Both the position numbers and the translations under genes were made by a program. A stretch of 48,119 nt of DNA from Thermoanaerobaculia bacterium (lineage in GTDB: Bacteria; Acidobacteriota; Thermoanaerobaculia; Multivoradales; UBA5704). Of this stretch, positions 1 through 8,034 are shown piece by piece. The DNA lies in assembly GCA_046714475.1 (NCBI GenBank), contig JBKKAU010000228.1, forward strand, positions 1-48,119, given 5' to 3'. Every line of letters begins with the position of its first letter. Position 1 is the stretch's first letter. The notes below the pieces were generated by a model. It did not search any database, had not been told where the DNA came from, and saw only the letters and a program-made list of their open reading frames with translations.

Positions 1-156
1 GTACAGCAGCACCGTACAGGCGCCGCACTCGCCCTCGCCACACCCCTCCTTGGTGCCGGTCAGCCCGAGCCCCTCCCGGACTACGTCGAGGAGGCGCTCC
101 ATCGGGTGGCCGTCGTGCTCGACGGCACGGCCGTTGATCGACAAGGGCACCTTCAT
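1..156 (-). CDS. (2Fe-2S)-binding small subunit of a xanthine dehydrogenase/CO dehydrogenase-family molybdoenzyme (first 52 codons only; gene runs off the window start)
   Basis: Hand translation of the minus strand from ATG at 156-154 gives MKVPLSINGRAVEHDGHPMERLLDVVREGLGLTGTKEGCGEGECGACTVLLY. CGEGECGACTV is the classic first 2Fe-2S cysteine cluster of CoxS-type small subunits. ATGA start/stop overlap with the upstream large subunit (153-156). Confidence 0.8.
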   Translation of the reverse strand, partial: MKVPLSINGRAVEHDGHPMERLLDVVREGLGLTGTKEGCGEGECGACTVLLY

Positions 157-2384
157 GTCATCCCTCTCAGCAGCTTCTCCGGAGTCGCCGGGATCTCGTC
201 CACCAGGATTCCCAGGGCGTTTTCGACCGCCTGCACGGCCGCCGGGGCGCCGCCGTCCATGGGCAGCTCGCCGACCCCCTTCGCTCCGAAAGCGCCGAAG
301 GAGCCGCCTTCCCAGGCCCGCTCCAATAGGTGGACGTCCATCCGCGGGCTGTCCTGGATCGTCGGGATGATGTAGGTGGCGAGACGGTCGTTGAGATAGC
401 GGCCGTCCTGGAGCTTGACCTCTTCCATCAGCGCCCAGCCGATCGCCTGGAGGGTGCCGCCCTCGATCTGCCCGGCGCACAGCACCGGATGGATTGCCTT
501 GCCCACCTCGCAGACCGCGGTGACCTGGATCGGATGGACGGACAGCGTGTCGGGGTCGACCTCGACCTCCACCACGTCCGCGCCCCAGGCGTAGGTGGGG
601 TAGGCGGCGCCGCGGTAGGTGGACTCGTCGAACGTCTGCCAATCGGGCGGCTCGTGACGCGTCGTGACCTCCACCGGTCCGGCCGCCTGCCGGAACGCCT
701 GGGCCGCCTCGCGGAAGGGCTCGACCGGACCCTTGGGACCCACGATCCAGCCGTTCTGCACGGAAAAACCTTCTCCCCAGGGCGCGAGGACGCGGTCGCG
801 GAGCTCGATCACGGCGCGAGCGATGGCGCCGCCGACGATCATGGTGGTCCGCGAAGCGACCGTGGGGCCGGAGTCGGGGACCTGGCTCGTATCCGGCTCG
901 GCGAAGACGAGGTCGTCCGGACCGACCCCGGCCGCGGTGGCGGCGATCTGGGGAAAGACCGCGACACATCCCTGGCCCATGTCGGTCATGGCGGTGAGCA
1001 CCTCGATGCGGCCGTCCTCCAGGAGACGGGCCGCGACCGGCGACCGCATCTTGCGCTCGCCGTTGCCGGTAAACCCGGCGCCGTGGAAGTAGAGGGAGAG
1101 GCCGACCCCCCGCCGGGGCTCGCCGTCCTTCGCGCTTTCCCGCGCCTGTTCCAGGGCCTTCCAGCGGGCGCGGAACCCGGTCCGCCTCTCCACCTCCTCC
1201 AGGCAGAGGCGGGCCGAGGTGCTGGGGTCGAGCACCTGACCGGTGGGCAGCCGGTCTCCGGGATCGACCACATTCCGGGCGCGGATTTCAAAAGGATCGA
1301 GCCCGAGCTCGCGGGCGACGCGGTCCATCTGGCGCTCGATCGCGAACTCCACCTGCGGCGCTCCGAACCCCCGGAAGGCGCTGTTCGGCGCGGTGTGGGT
1401 GCGCAGCACGCGGCCGCGGATACGGACCGCGGGCCAGCGGTAGGGACCGAAGGAGTGGAGGAGGGCGCGCGAGAGCACCACCGGCGAAAGGGTCGAGTAG
1501 GCGCCGCCGTCGAAGAGGATGTCGGCGTCCAGGGCGAGCAGCCGGCCGTCGCGGTCGACCCCCGTCCGGTGGCGGATGACCGACGGGTGGCGCTTCGACG
1601 TGCTGACGATGTCCTCGTTGCGGTCGTAGACGATTTTCACCGGCCGGCCGGCGGCGCGGGCGAGCAGGGCGGCGTGGAGGGCGATGGCGCTGGGGAAGTC
1701 CTCCTTGCCGCCGAAGCCGCCGCCCACCACCGAGGCGCGCACCCGCACCCGGTCCTCCGGCAGGCGGAAGGCGTGGACCAGCGCCTTGTGGACGTAGTAC
1801 GGGCACTGCATGGAGCCGAGGACGTTCAGGGTGTCGTCCTCGAACCAGGCGATCATCCCCTGGCATTCGATGTAGATGTGCTCCTGGTGCCCGGTCCGGG
1901 ACTCCCCCTCGACCACCCGGTCGGCGGCGGCCAGGGCGGCCTCGACGTCGCCGTTCTCCAGGCGGAGCTCGTAGAGCGGCGGCAGCGCTTCGGCCTCGGC
2001 CAGCGTCAGGGCCGGAGCGAGCGGCTCGTACTCGACAGAGACGGCGGCGAGCGCCTGCCGGGCCTGGAGCCGCGTGGGCGCCGCCACCAGCGCGACCGGC
2101 TCGCTGACGTGGAGGGTCATCCGGTCGGCCAGGATCGGCCAGCCGTCGTCCAGGAGCTGGACCCCGTTGGGTCCCGGCAGGTCCGCGGCGGTGACGAAGA
2201 CCGTCCCTGGGGGAGCGAGAGCCGGATCAAAGCGGATGGACCGGACGTGGGCGTGAGGATGGGGGCTGCGGACGGTGGCGCCGTGCCACATCCCGGGCAG
2301 CGAGACGTCGTCGACGTAGCGGGCCGCTCCCGAGACCTTGGCGAACCCGTCAGGACGGGGAGGGCTCTCTCCGATGCCGCTCAT
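153..2384 (-). CDS. Molybdopterin-binding large subunit, xanthine dehydrogenase/aldehyde oxidase family
   Basis: 743-aa ORF. The N-terminus PRPDGFAKVSGAARYVDDVSLPGMWHGATVRSPHPHA and the length are typical of the a/b-hammerhead plus Mo-cofactor binding subunit. Translationally coupled to the 2Fe-2S subunit. Confidence 0.85.
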   Translation of the reverse strand: MSGIGESPPRPDGFAKVSGAARYVDDVSLPGMWHGATVRSPHPHAHVRSIRFDPALAPPGTVFVTAADLPGPNGVQLLDDGWPILADRMTLHVSEPVALVAAPTRLQARQALAAVSVEYEPLAPALTLAEAEALPPLYELRLENGDVEAALAAADRVVEGESRTGHQEHIYIECQGMIAWFEDDTLNVLGSMQCPYYVHKALVHAFRLPEDRVRVRASVVGGGFGGKEDFPSAIALHAALLARAAGRPVKIVYDRNEDIVSTSKRHPSVIRHRTGVDRDGRLLALDADILFDGGAYSTLSPVVLSRALLHSFGPYRWPAVRIRGRVLRTHTAPNSAFRGFGAPQVEFAIERQMDRVARELGLDPFEIRARNVVDPGDRLPTGQVLDPSTSARLCLEEVERRTGFRARWKALEQARESAKDGEPRRGVGLSLYFHGAGFTGNGERKMRSPVAARLLEDGRIEVLTAMTDMGQGCVAVFPQIAATAAGVGPDDLVFAEPDTSQVPDSGPTVASRTTMIVGGAIARAVIELRDRVLAPWGEGFSVQNGWIVGPKGPVEPFREAAQAFRQAAGPVEVTTRHEPPDWQTFDESTYRGAAYPTYAWGADVVEVEVDPDTLSVHPIQVTAVCEVGKAIHPVLCAGQIEGGTLQAIGWALMEEVKLQDGRYLNDRLATYIIPTIQDSPRMDVHLLERAWEGGSFGAFGAKGVGELPMDGGAPAAVQAVENALGILVDEIPATPEKLLRGMT

Positions 2385-2449
2385 CCGGCCGAGTCTTTAC
2401 CAAGCACGGGGGGTTGCGCAAGGGTGGGGGGCGAAGAGGTCGAGCGCCA

Positions 2450-2659
2450 TCAAGCGGCAGCGCCGCTGTGTCTCTTGTACAGAAAACTCTCCAGATCTGT
2501 GCGCTCCTGGGCATGCTCGATAGTAAGCGCCACCAGCTGGCCGTCCGCATCCATCTCGATCAAGGTGTTCTCGTCGAGATCGCGGGTATCGGCCACGCTT
2601 TTGTCCTTGAAAGTGATCTGCAGAGTGTCGGTGTCCTCGAAGTACTCAACTCGCATCAT
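2450..2659 (-). CDS. DUF2283-like small protein, third gene of the hicAB transcription unit
   Basis: 69-aa ORF MMRVEYFEDTDTLQITFKDK...LIEMDADGQLVALTIEHA matches my recollection of the DUF2283 family. 4-nt overlap with hicB (2656-2659). Confidence 0.65.
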   Translation of the reverse strand: MMRVEYFEDTDTLQITFKDKSVADTRDLDENTLIEMDADGQLVALTIEHAQERTDLESFLYKRHSGAAA

Positions 2660-2877
2660 GCGACCTCTTGCATTGGCCGGACACGGGGAGCAGGAAGAGG
2701 TCGTCCTTCGACCTCGAAGTGTTGGATGATGTCTTCGATCACCTCGTGGAGCTCCGCATAGAGGCTGACAGGGTCATCTCCATGGATCCCGGTCATCAGA
2801 TCAGGGCACTTCCCGAGGTAGGCAGAGTCTTCCTCGCTCCATTCAACCCACTTATGGTATCGGTCGCTCAGCTTCAT
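2656..2877 (-). CDS. hicB: Type II antitoxin, HicB family
   Basis: 73-aa ORF. The pattern YHKWVEWSEEDSAYLGKCPDLMTGIHGDDPVSLYAEL is characteristic of short HicB antitoxins. 4-nt overlap with hicA. Confidence 0.8.
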   Translation of the reverse strand: MKLSDRYHKWVEWSEEDSAYLGKCPDLMTGIHGDDPVSLYAELHEVIEDIIQHFEVEGRPLPAPRVRPMQEVA

Positions 2878-3077
2878 CCCTGCACCTCCTCGATGGCTCG
2901 CCTGACTTGGCTTTCCTGATAAGGCTTTGCGTCATCGCCAGGGCTCCCGCTGAGGGTGACTGCGCCAGGATACCGGACATGTGTGAACTTACGGTGAGAC
3001 CCCTTTCCGCCTCCTGGAATCTCATAGAAGTCGGCATCGAGCAGGTTCCGCACCAGTTCCCTGACCTTTCTTGGCAT
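2874..3077 (-). CDS. hicA: Type II toxin, HicA family mRNA interferase
   Basis: MPRKVRELVRNLLDADFYEIPGGGKGSHRKFTHVRYPGAVTLSGSPGDDAKPYQESQVRRAIE is a textbook HicA (YcfA-like) pattern. The ORF is open to 3095 (MGDEGG extension), but the ATG at 3077 matches family N-termini. Confidence 0.8.
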   Translation of the reverse strand: MPRKVRELVRNLLDADFYEIPGGGKGSHRKFTHVRYPGAVTLSGSPGDDAKPYQESQVRRAIEEVQG

Positions 3078-3134
3078 GCCCCCCTCGTCCCCCATCAGCG
3101 AATTATAGGCCCCAGCGCGAGGCCTTCCGGGGTT

Positions 3135-3929
3135 TCAGCTGACAGGCGAGAACAGATCGACCGGCACTCCGGTGTCTGACCCGAAGTAGGAGCGGGAGTT
3201 GGCCCCTGGGAGCGCGAAGCCGTTGATGGCGATGCGCCGGGGCTGAGCGCCGCGGTTCTCCTCGCTGCGGTGGACCACGTAGGGGCCGAAGAAGGCGGCG
3301 CTTCCCGCCTTGAGGAGCGCGGGGAGGCCGGGCCGATCCCGGTAGCTGCTTCGCACCGAGGCCGGGTCGAGGTGCCCCTGTTGCCCACTGCCCGGGTAGA
3401 AGATGAGCGGACCGTTGTCGGGGGTCGTGTCGTCGATCGCGACCACGGTTTGGATGTAGCTGCCCCGCCCGTCGACGTCGCGCCACTCGGGGGTGCCGTA
3501 GCGGCGGTGCTCGCTGTCCTGATGAGGCTCGAATTCCAGCCCGTCGTTCGGGTACTTGGCGTGGAGCTGATTGAGAAGGTGAACCGCCGTGGACGAGCCG
3601 AAGAGCTGGCCGACGATCGCGGTGAGCCGCACGTCGCGCCCGCAGGCGAGGAACGCCGGCTCGCAGCCTCCCGCCCAGACGACCCGCAGCAGCCGGCGCG
3701 GTCCGTTCGAGCCGCTGAAGACGAACTGGCTGCCGGCGTGCTCGACCTTGGTTTCCCCCTCCTCGTCACTCTCGGGGAGCGGCGCGGCGAGCTCTCTCCC
3801 CACCGCGCGCAGCCGTTCCGTGGCCTCGGCCATCTCCGAGACCTCCTCGCGCGAGAAAAGCCCTTCGACGATGAGGAAACCGTCATCGTAGAAACGCCGG
3901 ATGGCGGCTGGGGACAGCTCGTGAATCAT
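3135..3929 (-). CDS. Phytanoyl-CoA dioxygenase (PhyH) family Fe(II)/2-oxoglutarate oxygenase
   Basis: 264-aa ORF. It has the N-terminal FYDDGFLIVEGLFSREEV motif, the HQDS facial-triad region, DDTTPDNGPL and a late VVHRSEEN His, as in PhyH-family proteins. Confidence 0.8.
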   Translation of the reverse strand: MIHELSPAAIRRFYDDGFLIVEGLFSREEVSEMAEATERLRAVGRELAAPLPESDEEGETKVEHAGSQFVFSGSNGPRRLLRVVWAGGCEPAFLACGRDVRLTAIVGQLFGSSTAVHLLNQLHAKYPNDGLEFEPHQDSEHRRYGTPEWRDVDGRGSYIQTVVAIDDTTPDNGPLIFYPGSGQQGHLDPASVRSSYRDRPGLPALLKAGSAAFFGPYVVHRSEENRGAQPRRIAINGFALPGANSRSYFGSDTGVPVDLFSPVS

Positions 3930-4025
3930 AGGAGGATTGAATTATAGCAGAACGCGCAAAGGCGCCGGTCTCAGCGCATCGGCCCAGCTGCGGACCACCC
4001 TCTGTGTGCTAACGTCTTGATTCTT

Positions 4026-4358
4026 ATGGATCCCCATCGGCTCGCGGAAGAGAGGAGCGTCGCATACCACGGCGCTATCGCCGAACGCCTGCGGCATCAG
4101 CTGGAGGTTCTAGAGAATGCGCGCCGGCGCGTCCAGACGTGGTTGGCCTCCGACGGCGCACCCTTTTACGCCCGGAAGTGGGCGGAGGTCCTGGCGGGCG
4201 ACCCCTCTTCCATCGCGGCCTTCCTTGTCGACCGGAGCGAGCTTGCGGACGAGCTCCGCCAGTCGAGCCCGTTCGCCGGGGCCTTACAACCCCAGGAGCG
4301 GTGGAAGATCTGGCGTGAGACCCGGGAGCGCTTACTTGGCGCTGCCAGGGATCTATGA
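4026..4358 (+). CDS. Conserved-looking hypothetical protein (110 aa)
   Basis: ORF open from TTG 4017; the ATG at 4026 gives MDPHRLAEERSVAYHGAIAERL...LRQSSPFAGALQPQERWKIW. The composition is helical and protein-like, but I cannot assign a family name. Confidence 0.45.
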   Translation: MDPHRLAEERSVAYHGAIAERLRHQLEVLENARRRVQTWLASDGAPFYARKWAEVLAGDPSSIAAFLVDRSELADELRQSSPFAGALQPQERWKIWRETRERLLGAARDL

Positions 4359-4540
4359 ACCGGATCACGCTCGGCTGAAAAGGCTGTCCCGCGGCGATCC
4401 GCCACGAAGACCTCGTCGGCCCGGCCTTCCGGCGCATGGAAGAGCTCGCCGCCCGCCACGTCGAGCCGCCGCAGACGTTCATTGCGTCCGAAGACGACGA
4501 GTAAGAGCCCCCCGCTCTCCTCCGCATCCCGGCACGTCTT

Positions 4541-4559
4541 GAGAGAACGGCGTTCTCTC
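4541..4559. promoter_or_regulatory. Perfect 8+3+8 palindrome GAGAGAAC-GGC-GTTCTCTC, 36 nt upstream of the TerB-gene start
   Basis: Read directly: 4541-4548 gagagaac, 4549-4551 ggc, 4552-4559 gttctctc. It lies in the 236-nt gap preceding the three-gene module, so it is a candidate operator or 5'-UTR hairpin. Confidence 0.3.
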
Positions 4560-4594
4560 GATAAGCTTGTCGTGTCTCCTGAGGGAATGTCGTC

Positions 4595-6685
4595 ATGAGC
4601 AAACGCAAGCACAAGGGGGCTGGTTGCCCCGGGGACCGGTTCTGGGTGCCGGCGGGCAGAACCGTCGAGGTGGCGGGTTACTGGATCGACGGCATGGTGT
4701 ACGGTGGCGCGGGGCTCGGCCCGGTAGCCCGGGGGCGCCTCCCGGCGGAGCCCGCGCTCCTCAATCCTCTCCTCCCGGTAGCCCGGAGGGGGCGCCCCTC
4801 GGCACAGCCGCTGGAGCCCCGCCCCTCGTACTTCCGGATGCTCCCGTCGCAACGGGCTGCTTATCTACGGTGGCTGGAAGGGGGCCGGAAGGACCCGACG
4901 GTCGACATCGGTTTCGTCTTCCTCTTCTTCTCCGGTATCGAGCGGCGCGTCCTCGTGGATGCCGGGTCCTCGGACCGGGCGCGGGGCGACGTGCCCGGCC
5001 TGATCGCCGAGGCCGAGCGTCTGCTGGACATCTACGGAGGCAACTCCTTCTTCAGCTACTATGCGGAGCCCTTCCTTTTCCTCGCCCGCCTGCTGTCCCG
5101 GTCGGTCGACGTCACGAAGCTCACTCCGCCCCCGAGACCGATCTACAGGAGCCGCTTCCTCCCCCTGACCGTCAGGGTCGCCCTCGGAGCGTTCGCGGCG
5201 CGGGGCCAGCGGATACCGCCGGAGTGGGCCTACGCCTGGGCCAGCCACGCGCCGGACATCCGCCTGGGAGCGCCGGCTGATCGCACTCCGGACGAGTTCG
5301 AGGCGGCTTTCAAGCTCCGTTACACGAAGTCCTTTCCCGGCGGCGGGCTCAGGATCAGCCCTAACCCCAAGCCTTCGTCAGTCCTGTACTTCCCGGTGAG
5401 TCCGTCTTTTTTTGGCCCGGTCTCGGTCCAGGTCAAAAACCTGCCGAGAGAGTTGGACCTGGCGTTCTGCCGGCGCCAGCTCCAAGAGGTCGTGAACCAG
5501 GTCGCCAGCGACCTGCGCGCCTACAGTCTGCGAACGACAATGGCCAGTTGGCGCGGGAGCCCGGCGACGGTCGCTCTCCTCCCGGCGGAGCTGGCGCGGC
5601 TCTGGGACAGTCGGGAGCTCCAGACGTTCTTCGCCTGGCTCGAAAAGGAGCTGGCCGGCGGCGAGCCCGCCCCGTTGCCGGCCGGCGACCTGATCCGGCG
5701 CTGGACCCGGGGCGCGGTGACGCGGCTCGTCCGTGGCGACGCCGAGAGGTTGGCGTCCTTCCTCGGACGCCGCGGGTACGGGATGGAGCCGGACGTCCGC
5801 TTCGGCGGTCCTCTGCCCGACGGCGCGGGCAAGGCGCCGGTGGTCCTGTTCCGGCAGACCGCGGAAGAGGACGGGGAGCGAAAGCCGAGCCTCTCGTACC
5901 AGGCCGCCGCCGTCCTCCTGCAGCTGGCGGTGACGCTCGCGGTGGCCGACGGTCCGGTGAACGATGCCGAGGAGCGCTACCTGCTCGCCTACTTCGACAC
6001 CACCGCTCACCTCCCTCTGGACGAGCGCAAGCGGCTCGCCGCGCACCTGATCCGGATCATGACGGAGCCGCCCGGGCTCGTCGGCCTCAAGCAGCGGATC
6101 GCGACGCTTGCCGAGGAGCAGCGCCGGGCGATCCTCCGCTTCCTGATCGTGTTGGCCGAAGCGGACGGCTCCGTCCAGGCCGAGGAGCTCAAGCTGCTGC
6201 GCCGGATCTACGCCTTGCTCGGGCAGGACCGCCAGTCCCTCTACTCCGACGTCCACGCCGTGGCGAGCGCGCTGGAGCCCGTGACCGTGCGGCCGGCGGG
6301 CGCCGGAGCGGACGGCTTCGCCATCCCCCCCGCCTCCCCGGGAGCCGGCATCGCCCTCGACGAAGCCAGGATCCGGACCCGGCTCGCCGAGACCGAGGAG
6401 ATCGCCGGGATCCTCGACGCGATCTTTCGCGAGGAGGAGGCCCCCGGGCCGCCGCCCGTCGCCGGGCTCGACGGGGCGCACTCGGCGTTCCTGCGGCGGC
6501 TGGCGGAGAAGCCGGCCTGGGAGCGGGCGGAGGTCGAGCGGCTCGCGGCGGGCCTCGCCCTGCTGCCCGACGGCGCGCTCGAAACCCTCAACGAGACGGC
6601 GTTCGAAAGTTGTGGAACCCCCCTCCTGGAGGGGGACGAAATCCTTGTGATCGACAACCAGGTTCTCCAGGAGATGCTGGCATGA
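4595..6685 (+). CDS. sngA: TerB-N / TerB / TerB-C multidomain protein (Shango SngA-type)
   Basis: 696 aa.
- TerB-N-like N-terminus: PSYFRMLPSQRAAYLRWLEGGRKDPTVDIGFVFLFFSGIERR.
- Two TerB-like helical units: LAVADGPVNDAEERYLLAYF and LAEADGSVQAEELKLLRRIY.
- TerB-C-like tail: LDGAHSAFLRRL...LPDGALETLNETAFE.
ATGA overlap with the next gene. Confidence 0.8.
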   Translation: MSKRKHKGAGCPGDRFWVPAGRTVEVAGYWIDGMVYGGAGLGPVARGRLPAEPALLNPLLPVARRGRPSAQPLEPRPSYFRMLPSQRAAYLRWLEGGRKDPTVDIGFVFLFFSGIERRVLVDAGSSDRARGDVPGLIAEAERLLDIYGGNSFFSYYAEPFLFLARLLSRSVDVTKLTPPPRPIYRSRFLPLTVRVALGAFAARGQRIPPEWAYAWASHAPDIRLGAPADRTPDEFEAAFKLRYTKSFPGGGLRISPNPKPSSVLYFPVSPSFFGPVSVQVKNLPRELDLAFCRRQLQEVVNQVASDLRAYSLRTTMASWRGSPATVALLPAELARLWDSRELQTFFAWLEKELAGGEPAPLPAGDLIRRWTRGAVTRLVRGDAERLASFLGRRGYGMEPDVRFGGPLPDGAGKAPVVLFRQTAEEDGERKPSLSYQAAAVLLQLAVTLAVADGPVNDAEERYLLAYFDTTAHLPLDERKRLAAHLIRIMTEPPGLVGLKQRIATLAEEQRRAILRFLIVLAEADGSVQAEELKLLRRIYALLGQDRQSLYSDVHAVASALEPVTVRPAGAGADGFAIPPASPGAGIALDEARIRTRLAETEEIAGILDAIFREEEAPGPPPVAGLDGAHSAFLRRLAEKPAWERAEVERLAAGLALLPDGALETLNETAFESCGTPLLEGDEILVIDNQVLQEMLA

Positions 6686-8031
6686 CGGAACCCCAGAATG
6701 GAACTTCGACGCAACGGCCGATCCGCCCGCGCGACCGTGACGCGATCCTCCAGTCGCTGCGCGCCGGCGTGGTGCCGCGCCGCGGACATCAGTACATCCA
6801 GGTCGGCCGGTCGGACGAGGTGCGGGCGTTGCTCCAGGACCTCGACCGCATCGCCGACGGCGGCTCGGCGATCCGCTTCGTCATCGGCGAATACGGCTCC
6901 GGCAAGACGTTTTTCCTCTTCCTGATCCGCGCGATCGCCCTGGAGAAGGGGCTGGTCACCGCCCACGCCGACTTGAACCCCGACCGGCGCCTGCACGCCA
7001 CCGCCGGCCAGGCCCGTTCGCTCTACGCCGAGCTGATGGCCAACCTCGCGACCCGGACCAGGCCGGACGGCGGCGCCGTGGCCAGCGTCGTCGAGCGCTT
7101 CGTCACCTCCGCTCTGCAGACAGCCCGGGACGAAGGCATTGCCGTCGGCGCCGTTCTCCAGGACCGGCTGGCGAGGTTGTCGGACATGGCCGGGGGGTAC
7201 GACTTCGCCGAGGTGGTCGCCGCCTACTGGCGGGGGCACGACGAGGGGGACGACCGGCTCAAGTCCGACGCCGTCCGCTGGCTGCGCGGCGAGTACTCCA
7301 CCCGCACCGACGCCCGCAAGGCGCTCGGCGTCCGCACCATCATCGACGACGACAACCTCTACGATCAGCTCAAGCTCTTCGCGCGCTTCGTGCGGCTCGC
7401 GGGCTACGGCGGCCTGCTGCTCTGCCTCGACGAGCTGGTGAACCTCTACAAGCTCGCCAACACGCAGGCGCGCAGCAGCAACTACGAGCAGATCCTGCGC
7501 ATCCTGAACGACAGCCTCCAAGGGGCGAGCGTCGGGCTCGGCTTCGTGATGGGCGGCACCCCCGAGTTCCTGCTGGATACCCGCCGCGGGCTCTACAGCT
7601 ACGAGGCGTTGCGGTCCCGTCTCTCCCAGAACCGCTTCGCGGCCGACGGCCGGCGGGACCTCACCGGCCCGGTGCTCTCGCTCGCCAACTTGAGCCCCGA
7701 GGAAATGTACGTGCTGCTCCGCAACCTGCGCCACGTTCACGCCTCCGGCGAGCCCGCGCAGTACCTGCTCCCCGACGAGGCGCTCGTCGCCTTCATGGAG
7801 CACTGCTCGCAACGCCTCGGCGAGGCCTACTTCCGCACCCCGCGCAGCACCACCCGCGCCTTCCTGGAGCTGCTCGCCGTCCTCGAGCAGAACCCGGACG
7901 CCGGCTGGCGCGAGCTGCTCGGCGCCGTCGAGGTGGCGCCGGAATCCAACCCCGACCTCGAGCCGCTGCCGGAGGGCGGCGCGGCGTCCGCTCCCGTGGG
8001 AGACGACGAGCTGGCGTCGTTCAAGCTGTAG
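6682..8031 (+). CDS. sngB: P-loop ATPase of the DUF2791/BrxD-like type (Shango SngB-type)
   Basis: The ATG at 6682 overlaps the sngA stop (6683-6685). 449 aa. It starts MTEPQNGTSTQRPIRPRDRDAILQSLRAGVVPRRGHQYIQVGR, has Walker A GEYGSGKTF and Walker B-like LLLCLDELVNL. The listed 5548..8031 ORF is an upstream read-through of the same frame. Confidence 0.8.
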   Translation: MTEPQNGTSTQRPIRPRDRDAILQSLRAGVVPRRGHQYIQVGRSDEVRALLQDLDRIADGGSAIRFVIGEYGSGKTFFLFLIRAIALEKGLVTAHADLNPDRRLHATAGQARSLYAELMANLATRTRPDGGAVASVVERFVTSALQTARDEGIAVGAVLQDRLARLSDMAGGYDFAEVVAAYWRGHDEGDDRLKSDAVRWLRGEYSTRTDARKALGVRTIIDDDNLYDQLKLFARFVRLAGYGGLLLCLDELVNLYKLANTQARSSNYEQILRILNDSLQGASVGLGFVMGGTPEFLLDTRRGLYSYEALRSRLSQNRFAADGRRDLTGPVLSLANLSPEEMYVLLRNLRHVHASGEPAQYLLPDEALVAFMEHCSQRLGEAYFRTPRSTTRAFLELLAVLEQNPDAGWRELLGAVEVAPESNPDLEPLPEGGAASAPVGDDELASFKL

Positions 8032-8034
8032 GCG

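Noticed and set aside
4166-4852. Minus-strand ORF whose middle part (GGLLLVVFGRNERLRRLDVAGGELFHAPEGRADEVFVADRRG, about 4370-4500) looks protein-like, in the gap upstream of the TerB gene
   Set aside because: It would overlap both the 110-aa gene and the TerB gene extensively. It has no plausible start near the protein-like segment, and I recognise no family. It may be a decayed gene fragment, but I cannot support it.
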